From NCBI GenBank assembly GCA_052033915.1, contig JBPOJF010000010.1, positions 69,566 through 133,565 on the forward strand: a stretch of DNA of 64,000 nucleotides, written 5' to 3'. This document shows, one piece after another, positions 19,656-28,623 of this stretch. Origin of the DNA: Lentisphaerota bacterium. GTDB taxonomy: Bacteria > Verrucomicrobiota > Kiritimatiellia > CAIQIC01 > JAGNIJ01. The position numbers were made by a program, and so were the translations under genes. The notes beneath the pieces were generated by a model. It saw only the letters and a program-made list of their open reading frames with translations, was not told the origin of the DNA and made no database searches. Within the stretch, counting starts at the first letter, position 1. The number at the start of each line of letters is the position of its first letter.

Positions 19656-20624
19656 AAACGGTGCGAAAAGGCGATAGGGGTTGATTTCTTACTGTGTAAA
19701 TCAGAAAGCGAAACCGAAGGCCGCAGACACACTACTCTCGCCGACAATACGTCCTTCAATCCGGAGCGAGAGATTCTCGTGGAAAAGAAGAGACGCGCCA
19801 GCAACTAGAACGACCGGACTATCCTCTTCAGGATCCGCGCTTCCTTTGGCAGTAACTGCGGTATCCGGATAATCATACTTGTAGTCTACCGTTCCGCGAA
19901 GCAAGGAGAACAGGATGCCACCGTATGGAATAATTTTCCTGTTGGCACCCAACGCCAGATTTGCAGATAGGATCATACCCGCTCCGATTTCGTAGTAGTC
20001 AGCTTCGCCGGTTATCTTCCCTGGGCCCAAGTCAGGATCTGAAGCGTCTATGTCCTTGATATCAAATGAAGGAACATAGTGTACCGTCGCTAACGCGTTC
20101 AGTCTCATCTTGGCCTGTTCATAGACGAGCGTGCGCGCTCCTCCGCCAACGATAGTCACGGTGGATTCTTGATCTTTCTCATCAACCACGCCAGCGTCCA
20201 AGTAGAACGTGACCCTCTCAGTTGGAAGAAGGTTAAGCCGAAGTACAAAAAGGTTCTGGTCTAGGGTATTCGATTGATCCTCGCCGCCAGGGCCAGAAAC
20301 TTGACCCCCTGGACCCGAAGCGGTGATTTCGCCAAACTTAATGTTTATATCGCGTTCATATTTTTCATAAAGAACCTCAACGCGGTTGTTATCCCACGAA
20401 TCGACGTCTTTTTTGTAAACTGGATCGCCAACATCGATTGCCAATGTAATTCCCGTCGTTAGTACCCCCGTTGCCAAGAAAGCAGTTATCAGTTTCTGTA
20501 TTCGGCTCGTTTTCAATAGCGTCTTCCTCCTTGGTTCTGATTCGATCCCGCCATCAAGATGATTCTTTGCTAGCCACATATCAATGAGTTTCGCATTTCT
20601 GATCCTCTTCGCCTCAATTCTGTT
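19656..20624. mobile_element. Low-GC genomic islet of ~1 kb between att-like direct repeats, no integrase
   Basis: GC 29/60 in the line at 19861 and 22/60 at 20341 versus 35/60 at 20701; bounded by the 45-bp repeats. Confidence 0.65.
19701..20516 (-). CDS. Putative outer-membrane beta-barrel protein
   Basis: AAGGAGG RBS then TTG at 20516; signal peptide; alternating amphipathic strands; C-terminal ...AAFGFAF (terminal Phe, BAM-type signal). Confidence 0.7.
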   Translation of the reverse strand: MKTSRIQKLITAFLATGVLTTGITLAIDVGDPVYKKDVDSWDNNRVEVLYEKYERDINIKFGEITASGPGGQVSGPGGEDQSNTLDQNLFVLRLNLLPTERVTFYLDAGVVDEKDQESTVTIVGGGARTLVYEQAKMRLNALATVHYVPSFDIKDIDASDPDLGPGKITGEADYYEIGAGMILSANLALGANRKIIPYGGILFSLLRGTVDYKYDYPDTAVTAKGSADPEEDSPVVLVAGASLLFHENLSLRIEGRIVGESSVSAAFGFAF

Positions 20625-21426
20625 TCGGCGGCTGAAGCAGGCTGTGCGGCCACAGGCCCAGTTGGGTCAGCACGTTGAGGCGCGCTTCGTTCTGGCGCGC
20701 GATGGCGACGACGGTGGGGGTGAAATCCATCTCGATTTTCCCGAGGTCCACCCGGAATTCGGGCTTCGCCCCGTACTTGCCCTCGAACATGCGTCCGACG
20801 GAATGCATGACAAACCAGATCAGGTGCAGGAACGCGTACAGGTGCGCGCGATGGTCGCCGGCATCGTCCATGGCGTTCGTCCGCAGCGCCGCCTGCCGCG
20901 CGTTGTTTCCCGTGAAGGTGATCGCGTGCGTGTAGTAGCGAAGGTCCGTTTGCAGAAACTCGTCTCCAAGCCGGCTGAGCACCTGGCGGATCGTGTCTGA
21001 CGCTGGAAGGTGCTGGGAGCGCAGGCTGTCGCCGGTGTACGTGTCCTGGTGCTGCTTGCGCGCGTTCTTACCGGTGTTGCGGTTGATCCAGATGGTCGCG
21101 TTTTGCGGGTCGTCGATCCACTTGCCCATGATCAGGGAAGACTCGACGAACGGGCGAAGCGCGATCCATGCCTGGCACGACTGGTACGCGGCAAGGTGGT
21201 CGAACGCGCTCCGGGCGGACCGCTGCATGATCGACAGAAACGGCCCGAGCTGGAATTCGCTGTTCGGGTGCGGTGCGCCGCCGGAACCCAGACCCGCGGC
21301 GAAGCGCCCGAAGATCTTGTCGAACTGGTCGAATGCCGCGAATTCCGTCTGGTAATTCAGAAGAAACATCTCGCGGTTCTGGCTGATCGCGGCGCGATGG
21401 CGGAGGATGTCGTCGGGTGGGCTCAT
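20614..21426 (-). CDS. Hypothetical protein
   Basis: 270-aa ORF with host-like GC, 7 nt after the HIT gene; no motif recognised. Confidence 0.7.
   Translation of the reverse strand: MSPPDDILRHRAAISQNREMFLLNYQTEFAAFDQFDKIFGRFAAGLGSGGAPHPNSEFQLGPFLSIMQRSARSAFDHLAAYQSCQAWIALRPFVESSLIMGKWIDDPQNATIWINRNTGKNARKQHQDTYTGDSLRSQHLPASDTIRQVLSRLGDEFLQTDLRYYTHAITFTGNNARQAALRTNAMDDAGDHRAHLYAFLHLIWFVMHSVGRMFEGKYGAKPEFRVDLGKIEMDFTPTVVAIARQNEARLNVLTQLGLWPHSLLQPPKQN
20625..20669. repeat. 45-bp direct repeat, copy 2 (current 3' end of gene 20614-21426)
   Basis: tcggcggctgaagcaggctgtgcggccacaggcccagttgggtca. Confidence 0.95.
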
Positions 21427-21433
21427 TCGGAAA

Positions 21434-21913
21434 TCAATCCTTCATCGCTTTCCGGAGTTCTTTCCACAATTCCTGGAGGGCCTGGGGGATCACACGGATA
21501 TCGGCCATGACGGTGACGTAGTTCGTGTCGCCCGTCCATCTCGGCACAATGTGCAGATGGATGTGGTCCTTGAGCCCGGCGCCGGCGGCCTCGCCGATGT
21601 TGATGCCGACATTGAATCCGTGCGGCCGCGACACCTTCTTCAACGCGCGGATGGCCTGCTGCGTCAGCTCCATCATCTCGGCCAGTTCCGCGGGGTTCAT
21701 GTCCTCCAGCGTGGCTGCGTGGCGAAGCGGAGCGACCATCAGGTGGCCGCCGGTGTATGGATAGCGATTCATCAGGACGATGCAGGTTGTGCCGCGCTTG
21801 AGCAACAGATTGTCGCGGTCTCGGGATGATTTGAAGCTCTTGCAGAGAAAACAGCCTTTGTCTTTGGCCTTCTTGAAGTACTCGATTCGCCAGGGGGCCC
21901 AAAGTTCTTTCAT
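21434..21913 (-). CDS. HIT-family nucleotide hydrolase (Ap4A phosphorylase/FHIT-like)
   Basis: LWAPWR, CFLC, NRYPYTGGHLM, GEAAGAG, HIHLHIVPR. Confidence 0.93.
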   Translation of the reverse strand: MKELWAPWRIEYFKKAKDKGCFLCKSFKSSRDRDNLLLKRGTTCIVLMNRYPYTGGHLMVAPLRHAATLEDMNPAELAEMMELTQQAIRALKKVSRPHGFNVGINIGEAAGAGLKDHIHLHIVPRWTGDTNYVTVMADIRVIPQALQELWKELRKAMKD

Positions 21914-21992
21914 ATCATCATGCCGTCCAGTAGGATACAGGCAAGCTATCAACGCGGGCCGGAGTGGTCAAGGCGGCGTTCGTGCGGACCGG

Positions 21993-22859
21993 ATGAATTC
22001 AAAGCGCAACATCTTGTTTCCCGCCTTGTTCGCGGCGGGCGCCTTGGCGGTCGCCGCGACGTCGCTGTTCACGTTGGTGTCGTGGAAGGATCTGTCGGAC
22101 CGCGATCTGACACCCTTGGGCCGCGCGATGTTGAATGTCGGCGGCTCGGACTGGGTTCACGCCGAAACCAGGCATTTTATTTTCCACGCATCGACCCCCG
22201 ATGCGATCGAGGAAGTGGCCGCGGAGGCGGAATTCGCGTTCAGCAGGATCGGCGATATTCTCGGGACGAACAGCGTCCGGCGCAAGGGGCACGTGTTTGT
22301 CGTTGGCCGGAGGCATAGCTGGGAGAAGGTTCTTCAGGGTATGAGCCGGAAGGACGATAGTCTCGCGATGCAGATGCAGAACGACCTGTTTATCCTGAAG
22401 GAGAGCAACAGTGTCGTCCATGTCTTGCGTGTGCCGCACGAGCTTGTGCATTTCAGGCTGTGGCAGATGTATGGACCCCATGTTCCGATCTGGCTGGACG
22501 AAGGCATGGCCGGTTATGTCGGGTGGAAAGCGGCCGTGGCGGGACACGCGCAGAAGGGAAAGCAACTGGTCCGTGCGCCGCCGCGCGTTTCGCGCAAGCA
22601 TCTCCTGGACCTGGCGCAACTGACGGGCATGACGGCGTATCCCCCGGACAGCGCGGCGAGCGCCGCGTTTTACGTCGAGGCGGAACTGCTGGTTTCCGCC
22701 ATCGCGCGGAAAATTGGAGATGACAAACTGGGGGAGTTCGTGAAGGCTGTGGCGGGTGATCGAATCCCGTGGGACGATTTTCTGCGGGAGCGGTTCAGCT
22801 TCGCGGACGGCGATTTCGCCTGGCTGCAGAAGCAGATCGAGAAGTGCGCAACAGAATGA
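21993..22859 (+). CDS. Gluzincin / peptidase MA-like exported protein
   Basis: N-terminal signal/TM; PHELVH (HExxH) followed by PIWLDEGMA. Confidence 0.7.
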   Translation: MNSKRNILFPALFAAGALAVAATSLFTLVSWKDLSDRDLTPLGRAMLNVGGSDWVHAETRHFIFHASTPDAIEEVAAEAEFAFSRIGDILGTNSVRRKGHVFVVGRRHSWEKVLQGMSRKDDSLAMQMQNDLFILKESNSVVHVLRVPHELVHFRLWQMYGPHVPIWLDEGMAGYVGWKAAVAGHAQKGKQLVRAPPRVSRKHLLDLAQLTGMTAYPPDSAASAAFYVEAELLVSAIARKIGDDKLGEFVKAVAGDRIPWDDFLRERFSFADGDFAWLQKQIEKCATE

Positions 22860-24007
22860 CGGCAAAACCAAAGAACAAACCCGGCGGCGCGGACAAGGCT
22901 GTCCATCTCGTTTACGGCGAGGACGAGTATCTCGTCAAAACGAACGCGAAAGAACTCGTGGATCGCCTGTGTCCGAAGGCGGACCAGGCGTTTGGACTGG
23001 AGATCGTCGATGCGCAGGTCGGCCTCGTGGATGAAGCGATCGCCGCCGTCGGGCGCTGCGTGGACGGTTTGCGTACGGTGGGGTTCCTGGGCGGGCGCAA
23101 GGTGGTCTGGCTTCGTGATGCGACGTTCCTCGGATCGGGCGTCCTCGGCGAGTCGGCGGACGTCAAGGGCCGGCTGGACGAACTGGTCAAGCTGATCAAG
23201 GCCGGGTTGCCGCCGGGGCAGATCCTGGTTGTCAGCGCGTCGAAGGTCGACGGCCGGTCGGCCTTTTTCAAGGCGTGCCAGTCCGCCGGGAGCGTGACGA
23301 AGTTCGAACTGCCCGACAAATCCTATCAGATGGAACAGCAGGCGCGCGGGCTGGCGTCGGATGTATTTCGAAAGGCGGGGTTGAACATCGGTCCCGACGC
23401 GCTGGGCGAGTTCCTGGAGAAGACGGGGACCGATACGCGGCAGATCGTGCAGGAAGTGGAGAAGCTGTCCGTCTATCTCGGCGACCGGAAGAACGTACAG
23501 GCGGCCGATGTCCACGCCATCGTCTCGCCGTCGCGCGAGGCGATTTCATGGGATTTCGCCGATGCCGTCGGAAGCCGGGATCTGGCCCGCGCGCTGACGA
23601 TCCTGCGCCGGTTGTTGTTCCAGGGCGAGAACGAGGTCGGCTTGATCATCGGGCTGGAGAGTCGATTTCGGGATCTGCTCCTGTATCGCGAAGCGCTGGA
23701 CCGGAGATGGCTGAGCGTCGGCGGCGAGGAGCCGTGGCTCAAGGTGGAATGGCGACAGACGCCGGAGGTGGATGAATTTGCCTCGTCGCTCGCCAAGGAT
23801 CCGCGCGCGGTCAACATCTATCGTGCCGGGAAACTGGTCGCGCAGGCCAAACGGTTTTCGCGGCAGGAACTCGTCCGCTGCCAGGCGCTGACGCTTGCCG
23901 CCCACGAGTCGATCCTTTCCTCGTCCTCTGCCAAGGAATTGAACCTCGAATTTCTCCTCATGAAACTGCTGGGGGCGCCCCGGCAGGCAAACGCGAAGTC
24001 CGCATAG
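22856..24007 (+). CDS. holA: DNA polymerase III subunit delta
   Basis: VHLVYGEDEYLV, EVEKLSVY, WDFADAVG..D...AL; ATGA overlap with the upstream gene. Confidence 0.9.
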   Translation: MTAKPKNKPGGADKAVHLVYGEDEYLVKTNAKELVDRLCPKADQAFGLEIVDAQVGLVDEAIAAVGRCVDGLRTVGFLGGRKVVWLRDATFLGSGVLGESADVKGRLDELVKLIKAGLPPGQILVVSASKVDGRSAFFKACQSAGSVTKFELPDKSYQMEQQARGLASDVFRKAGLNIGPDALGEFLEKTGTDTRQIVQEVEKLSVYLGDRKNVQAADVHAIVSPSREAISWDFADAVGSRDLARALTILRRLLFQGENEVGLIIGLESRFRDLLLYREALDRRWLSVGGEEPWLKVEWRQTPEVDEFASSLAKDPRAVNIYRAGKLVAQAKRFSRQELVRCQALTLAAHESILSSSSAKELNLEFLLMKLLGAPRQANAKSA

Positions 24008-25349
24008 CGGTTCTGACGGCGAGTCCGCAGAGCGCGCAGCCGAAGAACACGAACGGCATTTGCCAGGCGATGAAGTTCATGTGCGTGTGCACGGCCGAGT
24101 GCGCCTTGAAGAGGACGAACCACGACAGCGGGGCCAGCATGGAGAACCAGGTCGCCGCGATCAGGGCCGTGTGTTTTCTCCGCTCGTCGCCGTCGTCGTT
24201 CCGGCGCGAGTAGAGAAAGACCGACGCCGGCAGGAACAGGGCGATCAGGTGCAGATACCGGACTTTCAGCACGACGTCTGAAAGGAACGCGCTGTCCGTG
24301 GACACGTAGTGGTTGAGGTCGAGGAAGACGCCTGTCACGTAGCGCGAAACCACCTCGAAGGTCCCGGCCTTCAAACTGTCCGCGTATTCCGCGGCGTATT
24401 GGCCGCCGGCGCCGTGGGTTCTTTTCCCCAGGGACCACGCGATGTGTTGTATGCCGTTCAACAGGCTTCCCTTGACCGCGGCTATCTGGAAGAGCAGGAG
24501 AACCAGGCTCGAGGCGACCGCGAGGCCGGCGCTGCAGGCGACGACGAGAGCGCCCTTGATGAATCGGCGCGCCGGCAGTCCGTCCCGGACGCTGTAGTAC
24601 ACGAACGGCGTGGCCATCATGACCAGCGCCGTGGTGATGTACTCGAATCCGTTGGCGAAACATTTCGCAAAGACCAGCGCGAACACGAGGACGGCCGGCG
24701 CGGCCGACGCGTGGTGGTCGTGTATTGGCCGGCGGCGGAAGTACTCCATGAGCGCGATCATGGGCAGGTAGAACATGTACAGGCTCCACCAGAGATTCCG
24801 CCCGAAAAGTGTCAGCCATTGGGAGAGGATCATGGAAGACGCGGTGAAGACGGCCGTCCACAGGCCGAATTCGCGGGCGAACCACAGGACGATCGCGGTC
24901 AGCGCCGCCGCGGTCAGCAGGGATGTGAGCGCGTAGAACAGATTGAGCTTCGCGTGGGGCGGGAGGGGGATCAGTCTGTCGAGCACGCTGAAGAACATGC
25001 CCTGGCCGCCGTTCTGCGACATGTAGGGCCGGTATTCGGGAAACGTGAGCCCGTTGAAATACGCTTCGTACTGATGGCGGACCTGCCGCCACGAAATCCA
25101 TTTCTCGTGCAGGTCGTTCTCGATGCCTGCGCCGTTCAGCGCGCCGGCCGACAGGATGCCGTCCTGCCGCGACTTGACCATTCGGCCGACGACCAGCCCT
25201 TCGGTATCGTGCTGGTGCCATGCGAACCAACCCGGCTCCGCCACGCGCCAGCCGTCCGCAAAAAACCCCCAGAACAGCGCTGCGAGGGTGACGGCGCAGA
25301 GGGCTGATCTCGTTGCGGGCGCCGATGAAAGAAAGCGGTGGATGTGCAT
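23958..25349 (-). CDS. Polytopic membrane protein, possibly GT-C-fold glycosyltransferase-like
   Basis: About 10 hydrophobic segments with an N-terminal extracytoplasmic loop; GFEYIT motif. Confidence 0.55.
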   Translation of the reverse strand: MHIHRFLSSAPATRSALCAVTLAALFWGFFADGWRVAEPGWFAWHQHDTEGLVVGRMVKSRQDGILSAGALNGAGIENDLHEKWISWRQVRHQYEAYFNGLTFPEYRPYMSQNGGQGMFFSVLDRLIPLPPHAKLNLFYALTSLLTAAALTAIVLWFAREFGLWTAVFTASSMILSQWLTLFGRNLWWSLYMFYLPMIALMEYFRRRPIHDHHASAAPAVLVFALVFAKCFANGFEYITTALVMMATPFVYYSVRDGLPARRFIKGALVVACSAGLAVASSLVLLLFQIAAVKGSLLNGIQHIAWSLGKRTHGAGGQYAAEYADSLKAGTFEVVSRYVTGVFLDLNHYVSTDSAFLSDVVLKVRYLHLIALFLPASVFLYSRRNDDGDERRKHTALIAATWFSMLAPLSWFVLFKAHSAVHTHMNFIAWQMPFVFFGCALCGLAVRTAMRTSRLPAGAPPAVS

Positions 25350-25671
25350 GTCACCGTCGCCTTTTCATCTGGGCCGCCGCGCTCTTCATCGGGCGTCGTT
25401 CTTATCACAATATGGGGGAAAACAGAAGAGCGCTTCCGCGCGGGCGGTTCTTCCAATCCTTGAAAGAACGGAGATCGTTGTTTTCAAGGACACGAATTCA
25501 AGTTCCAAGCGCAACACTTCCGGCCTTCAGAACTTCAGCCGGGGTGCGGCAAAAGACGTTGCCGGGCAAAGTCTTATAAACGGACTGGCGCAAGGAGATG
25601 AGGTGTCGTACACTGTCGCGCCTTTGAATCCGCGGGGAATGGTTTAGGATGACGAAAAGGAATGGACGGCA

Positions 25672-26781
25672 ATGATTCTGATACTGACGCCGAATGTTGA
25701 TGCCCAAGGGGCCGAGTACAAGCATTTGATGGGCGTGTTGAGCGCCTTGCCGAATGTGCACAGCCGCGTTCACCATGTCCATGGCGCCCAGCAGACGCTG
25801 ACGGAGGTTTACCTTATCGGCGACACGTCGAGCCTTTCCCTGGACGACATGAGGGCGTTGCCGTGCGTGGAGCGCGTGGTCCGGGTGTCGCAAAGCTATC
25901 GGGTTCTCGGCCGGCACAAGGACGACCGGCGGACGACGGGATTCGAGTACAACGGCGTGTATTTCGGGCAGGATAATCTGAATGTCTTTGCCGGCCTGTG
26001 CGCGGTGGACACGCCGGAACACGTTGAGCAGATGATGCGCGCGCTTCGCGAGAACGGGCAGGTTTGCACGCGGATGGGCGCCTACAAACCGCGGACCAAT
26101 CCGTACTCGTTTCAGGGCTACGGCAAGGAATGCCTGCCGTACGTTTTCACCCTGGCGGGGAAATACGGCATCCAGGTGATCGCGATGGAGATCACGCACG
26201 AGGACCACGTGGATGAGATCCGCAAGGCCCTGCAAGAGGCGGGCAACAAGACGGGCGTCATGCTCCAGATCGGCACTCGCAATAGCCAGAATTTCGAATT
26301 GCTCAAGAGCATCGGCCGGCAGGACGAGTTTCCGGTCCTGCTCAAGCGCGGTTTCGGCATCACGCTGGAGGAATCGCTCAACGCGGCGGAGTATCTGGCC
26401 AGCGAGGGGAATCCTAGAATCGTCTTTTGTCTGCGCGGCATGAAGAGCAATATGGGCGACCCGCACAGAAACTTTGTCGATTTTTCGCATGTGCCTGTGG
26501 TGAAGAGGCTTACGCGTATGCCTGTTTGCGTGGACCCCTCGCATTCTGTCGGTACGCGGGAAAGCGCTCCGGACGGATTGCTGGACGTGATGCACGTGAC
26601 GGCGCAGGGCGTGATTGCGGGGGCGAACATGGTCCTGGTGGATTTCCATCCCGCGCCGGCGACGGCGCTTGTGGATGGGCCGCAGGCGTTGCTGCTCAAG
26701 GAGCTGCCGAAGTTCCTCGAGGATATCCGGATTGTCCGGGAAGCGTACGAAAAACGCGTCGCGCTGGCCCGGCAGGAATAG
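25672..26781 (+). CDS. aroF: DAHP synthase class I-beta with N-terminal regulatory domain
   Basis: GAYKPRTNPYSFQG, QIGTRNSQNF, LLKRG, VDPSH. Confidence 0.9.
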   Translation: MILILTPNVDAQGAEYKHLMGVLSALPNVHSRVHHVHGAQQTLTEVYLIGDTSSLSLDDMRALPCVERVVRVSQSYRVLGRHKDDRRTTGFEYNGVYFGQDNLNVFAGLCAVDTPEHVEQMMRALRENGQVCTRMGAYKPRTNPYSFQGYGKECLPYVFTLAGKYGIQVIAMEITHEDHVDEIRKALQEAGNKTGVMLQIGTRNSQNFELLKSIGRQDEFPVLLKRGFGITLEESLNAAEYLASEGNPRIVFCLRGMKSNMGDPHRNFVDFSHVPVVKRLTRMPVCVDPSHSVGTRESAPDGLLDVMHVTAQGVIAGANMVLVDFHPAPATALVDGPQALLLKELPKFLEDIRIVREAYEKRVALARQE

Positions 26782-26790
26782 GATTGGTTT

Positions 26791-27615
26791 ATGTTGCGAT
26801 CAAGCATCCTTTGCATTCTGGCGGGTTTCCTGGTTTGTACGCTCACGGCATCCGCGGGCCTGGAGGACGGCGGTCCCGGCGTGGGCTTCCCGGTCGGCGA
26901 GACGCTGGATTACAGGATCTATTGGGGCGTCATCCCGGTGGGCTATTCGCGCGTGACGAGCGAATGGATTTCGGAGGACGGCCGCGCGCTCATCGCCATC
27001 CGCCTGCGTACGCAGAGCAACAACTTCCTTTCGTCGTTGTATCCGGTGGACGATTTTTTGGAAGCGATCATCGATCCGGAGACGTTCCTGCCGGTCCGCT
27101 TCACGAAGAAGTTGAGCGAGGGCCGCTACCGGGCGGACGAGACCACCACCTTCGATCACAAGAACCTGAATGCCGTGTGGAAATCGAACCGCAATGGGAA
27201 GGTGAAGGAGATGGCGATCGATCCGGACACGCGCGACGTGGTGACCTTCATGTATTACATGCGTCGGAATCAGTTTGAGCCGGATACGGTTAATCGGTAT
27301 AGAGTGATGGCCGACGAGAAGGTGTACGATCTGGTCGTCAACGCGCAGAAGATGGAAACCGTCAAACTGGATCGTTTCGGGAAACTGCCGTGCCTTCGCT
27401 TCGAGCCCGAGGCGCAGTTCGGGGGGCTGTTTGTCCGCAAGGGGCGGATGTGGATGTGGGTTTCGCAGGACAAGCGCCGCATTGCCACGAAGATCGCGGC
27501 GCAGGTTCCCGTGGCCAGCATCTCGTTGTGGCTGGACCAGGTCGGTGGGCCGGGGGATGATTTCTGGGTATCGAAAGGGGCGAGTGGAAGCGTGACCAAC
27601 AAGGTGAAAAAATGA
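26791..27615 (+). CDS. DUF3108 domain exported protein
   Basis: Signal peptide; GETLDYRIYWG..VG; MWVSQD.RRI pattern. Confidence 0.8.
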   Translation: MLRSSILCILAGFLVCTLTASAGLEDGGPGVGFPVGETLDYRIYWGVIPVGYSRVTSEWISEDGRALIAIRLRTQSNNFLSSLYPVDDFLEAIIDPETFLPVRFTKKLSEGRYRADETTTFDHKNLNAVWKSNRNGKVKEMAIDPDTRDVVTFMYYMRRNQFEPDTVNRYRVMADEKVYDLVVNAQKMETVKLDRFGKLPCLRFEPEAQFGGLFVRKGRMWMWVSQDKRRIATKIAAQVPVASISLWLDQVGGPGDDFWVSKGASGSVTNKVKK

Positions 27616-28610
27616 GTTTGAGCGCCGTTCATGCGAAGAAAATCCTGGCGAGATTCTCCCGTCAGCGGATTCTCGTCGTGGGAGACCTCATGCTGGACCG
27701 CTACGTGTACGGCGGCGTCAGCCGGATTTCTCCCGAAGCGCCGGTGCCGGTGGTGCACGTGACGCAGGAGAAGAGCATGCCGGGTGGCGCCAGCAATGTG
27801 GCGTGGAACGTCCGGTCGCTGGGCGGTCGCGCGGCGGTGTCCGGCATCTTGGGTCGTGACGCGACCGGCCGGGAACTGAAGAGATTGTTGACGCGCGGCG
27901 GTGTCCTGGTCGGCGGCGCCCTGGAGGTCGGCAATTTTCGGACGACGGTCAAGGAACGGGTGATTGCGGAGCGCCAGCAGGTGGTGCGCGTGGACCGCGA
28001 GAGCCGCTTCCATCTGACCGGAAAAACGGAAGAGGCTTTCTGCCGGCGGCTGGCCGCCGAGGTGGGAAAGGCCACCGGTGTCATCATCGAGGATTACGGC
28101 AAGGGAGTCATCCGGCAGCGCGTCGTGGATACCGTTCTGGCGTCGGCGAAGGCGCGCGGTCTGCCCATCGGCCTGGATCCCAAGGAGAACCAGGAACTGG
28201 ACCTTGGCGGCGTCACGGTGGTCACACCGAACCGAAAAGAGGCTTTTGCCATCGCGGACGTGAAGGAAACGGCGGCGCATTCCAACCCGTTGAACGACAA
28301 GGCGTTGTTGAAGGTGGCCGGGATCCTGATGAAAAAGTGGGCGCCGGCGATGCTGCTCATCACGCTGGGGCCCTTGGGAATTCTGCTCGTCACGAAAAAC
28401 TCGCCGCCGAAGCATGTGCCGACGTGTGCGCGGGAGGTGTTCGACGTGAGCGGCGCAGGCGATACGGTGATTGCAACATGCGTCCTCGCGCTGACGGCGG
28501 GCGCAAGTCCGTTCGAAGCTGCCGAACTGGCGAACTATGCCGCGGGCGTTGTGGTTGGGAAGCTGGGGACGGCCACATGCACCCGGCAGGAGATTCTGAG
28601 TTACTTGTAG
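27612..28610 (+). CDS. rfaE1: D-glycero-beta-D-manno-heptose-7-phosphate kinase (HldE kinase domain)
   Basis: GDLMLDRY, RISPEAPVPV, GGASNVA, DYGKG, TPNRKEA, DVSGAGDT. Confidence 0.95.
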   Translation: MSLSAVHAKKILARFSRQRILVVGDLMLDRYVYGGVSRISPEAPVPVVHVTQEKSMPGGASNVAWNVRSLGGRAAVSGILGRDATGRELKRLLTRGGVLVGGALEVGNFRTTVKERVIAERQQVVRVDRESRFHLTGKTEEAFCRRLAAEVGKATGVIIEDYGKGVIRQRVVDTVLASAKARGLPIGLDPKENQELDLGGVTVVTPNRKEAFAIADVKETAAHSNPLNDKALLKVAGILMKKWAPAMLLITLGPLGILLVTKNSPPKHVPTCAREVFDVSGAGDTVIATCVLALTAGASPFEAAELANYAAGVVVGKLGTATCTRQEILSYL

Positions 28611-28623
28611 GAAGCTGACGATC

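Noticed and set aside
19660-19687. GGTGCGAAAAGGCGATAGGGGTTGATTT next to the repeat, superficially dif-like
   Set aside because: Only the first 6 nt match E. coli dif; the conserved XerD arm (TTATGTTAAAT) is absent
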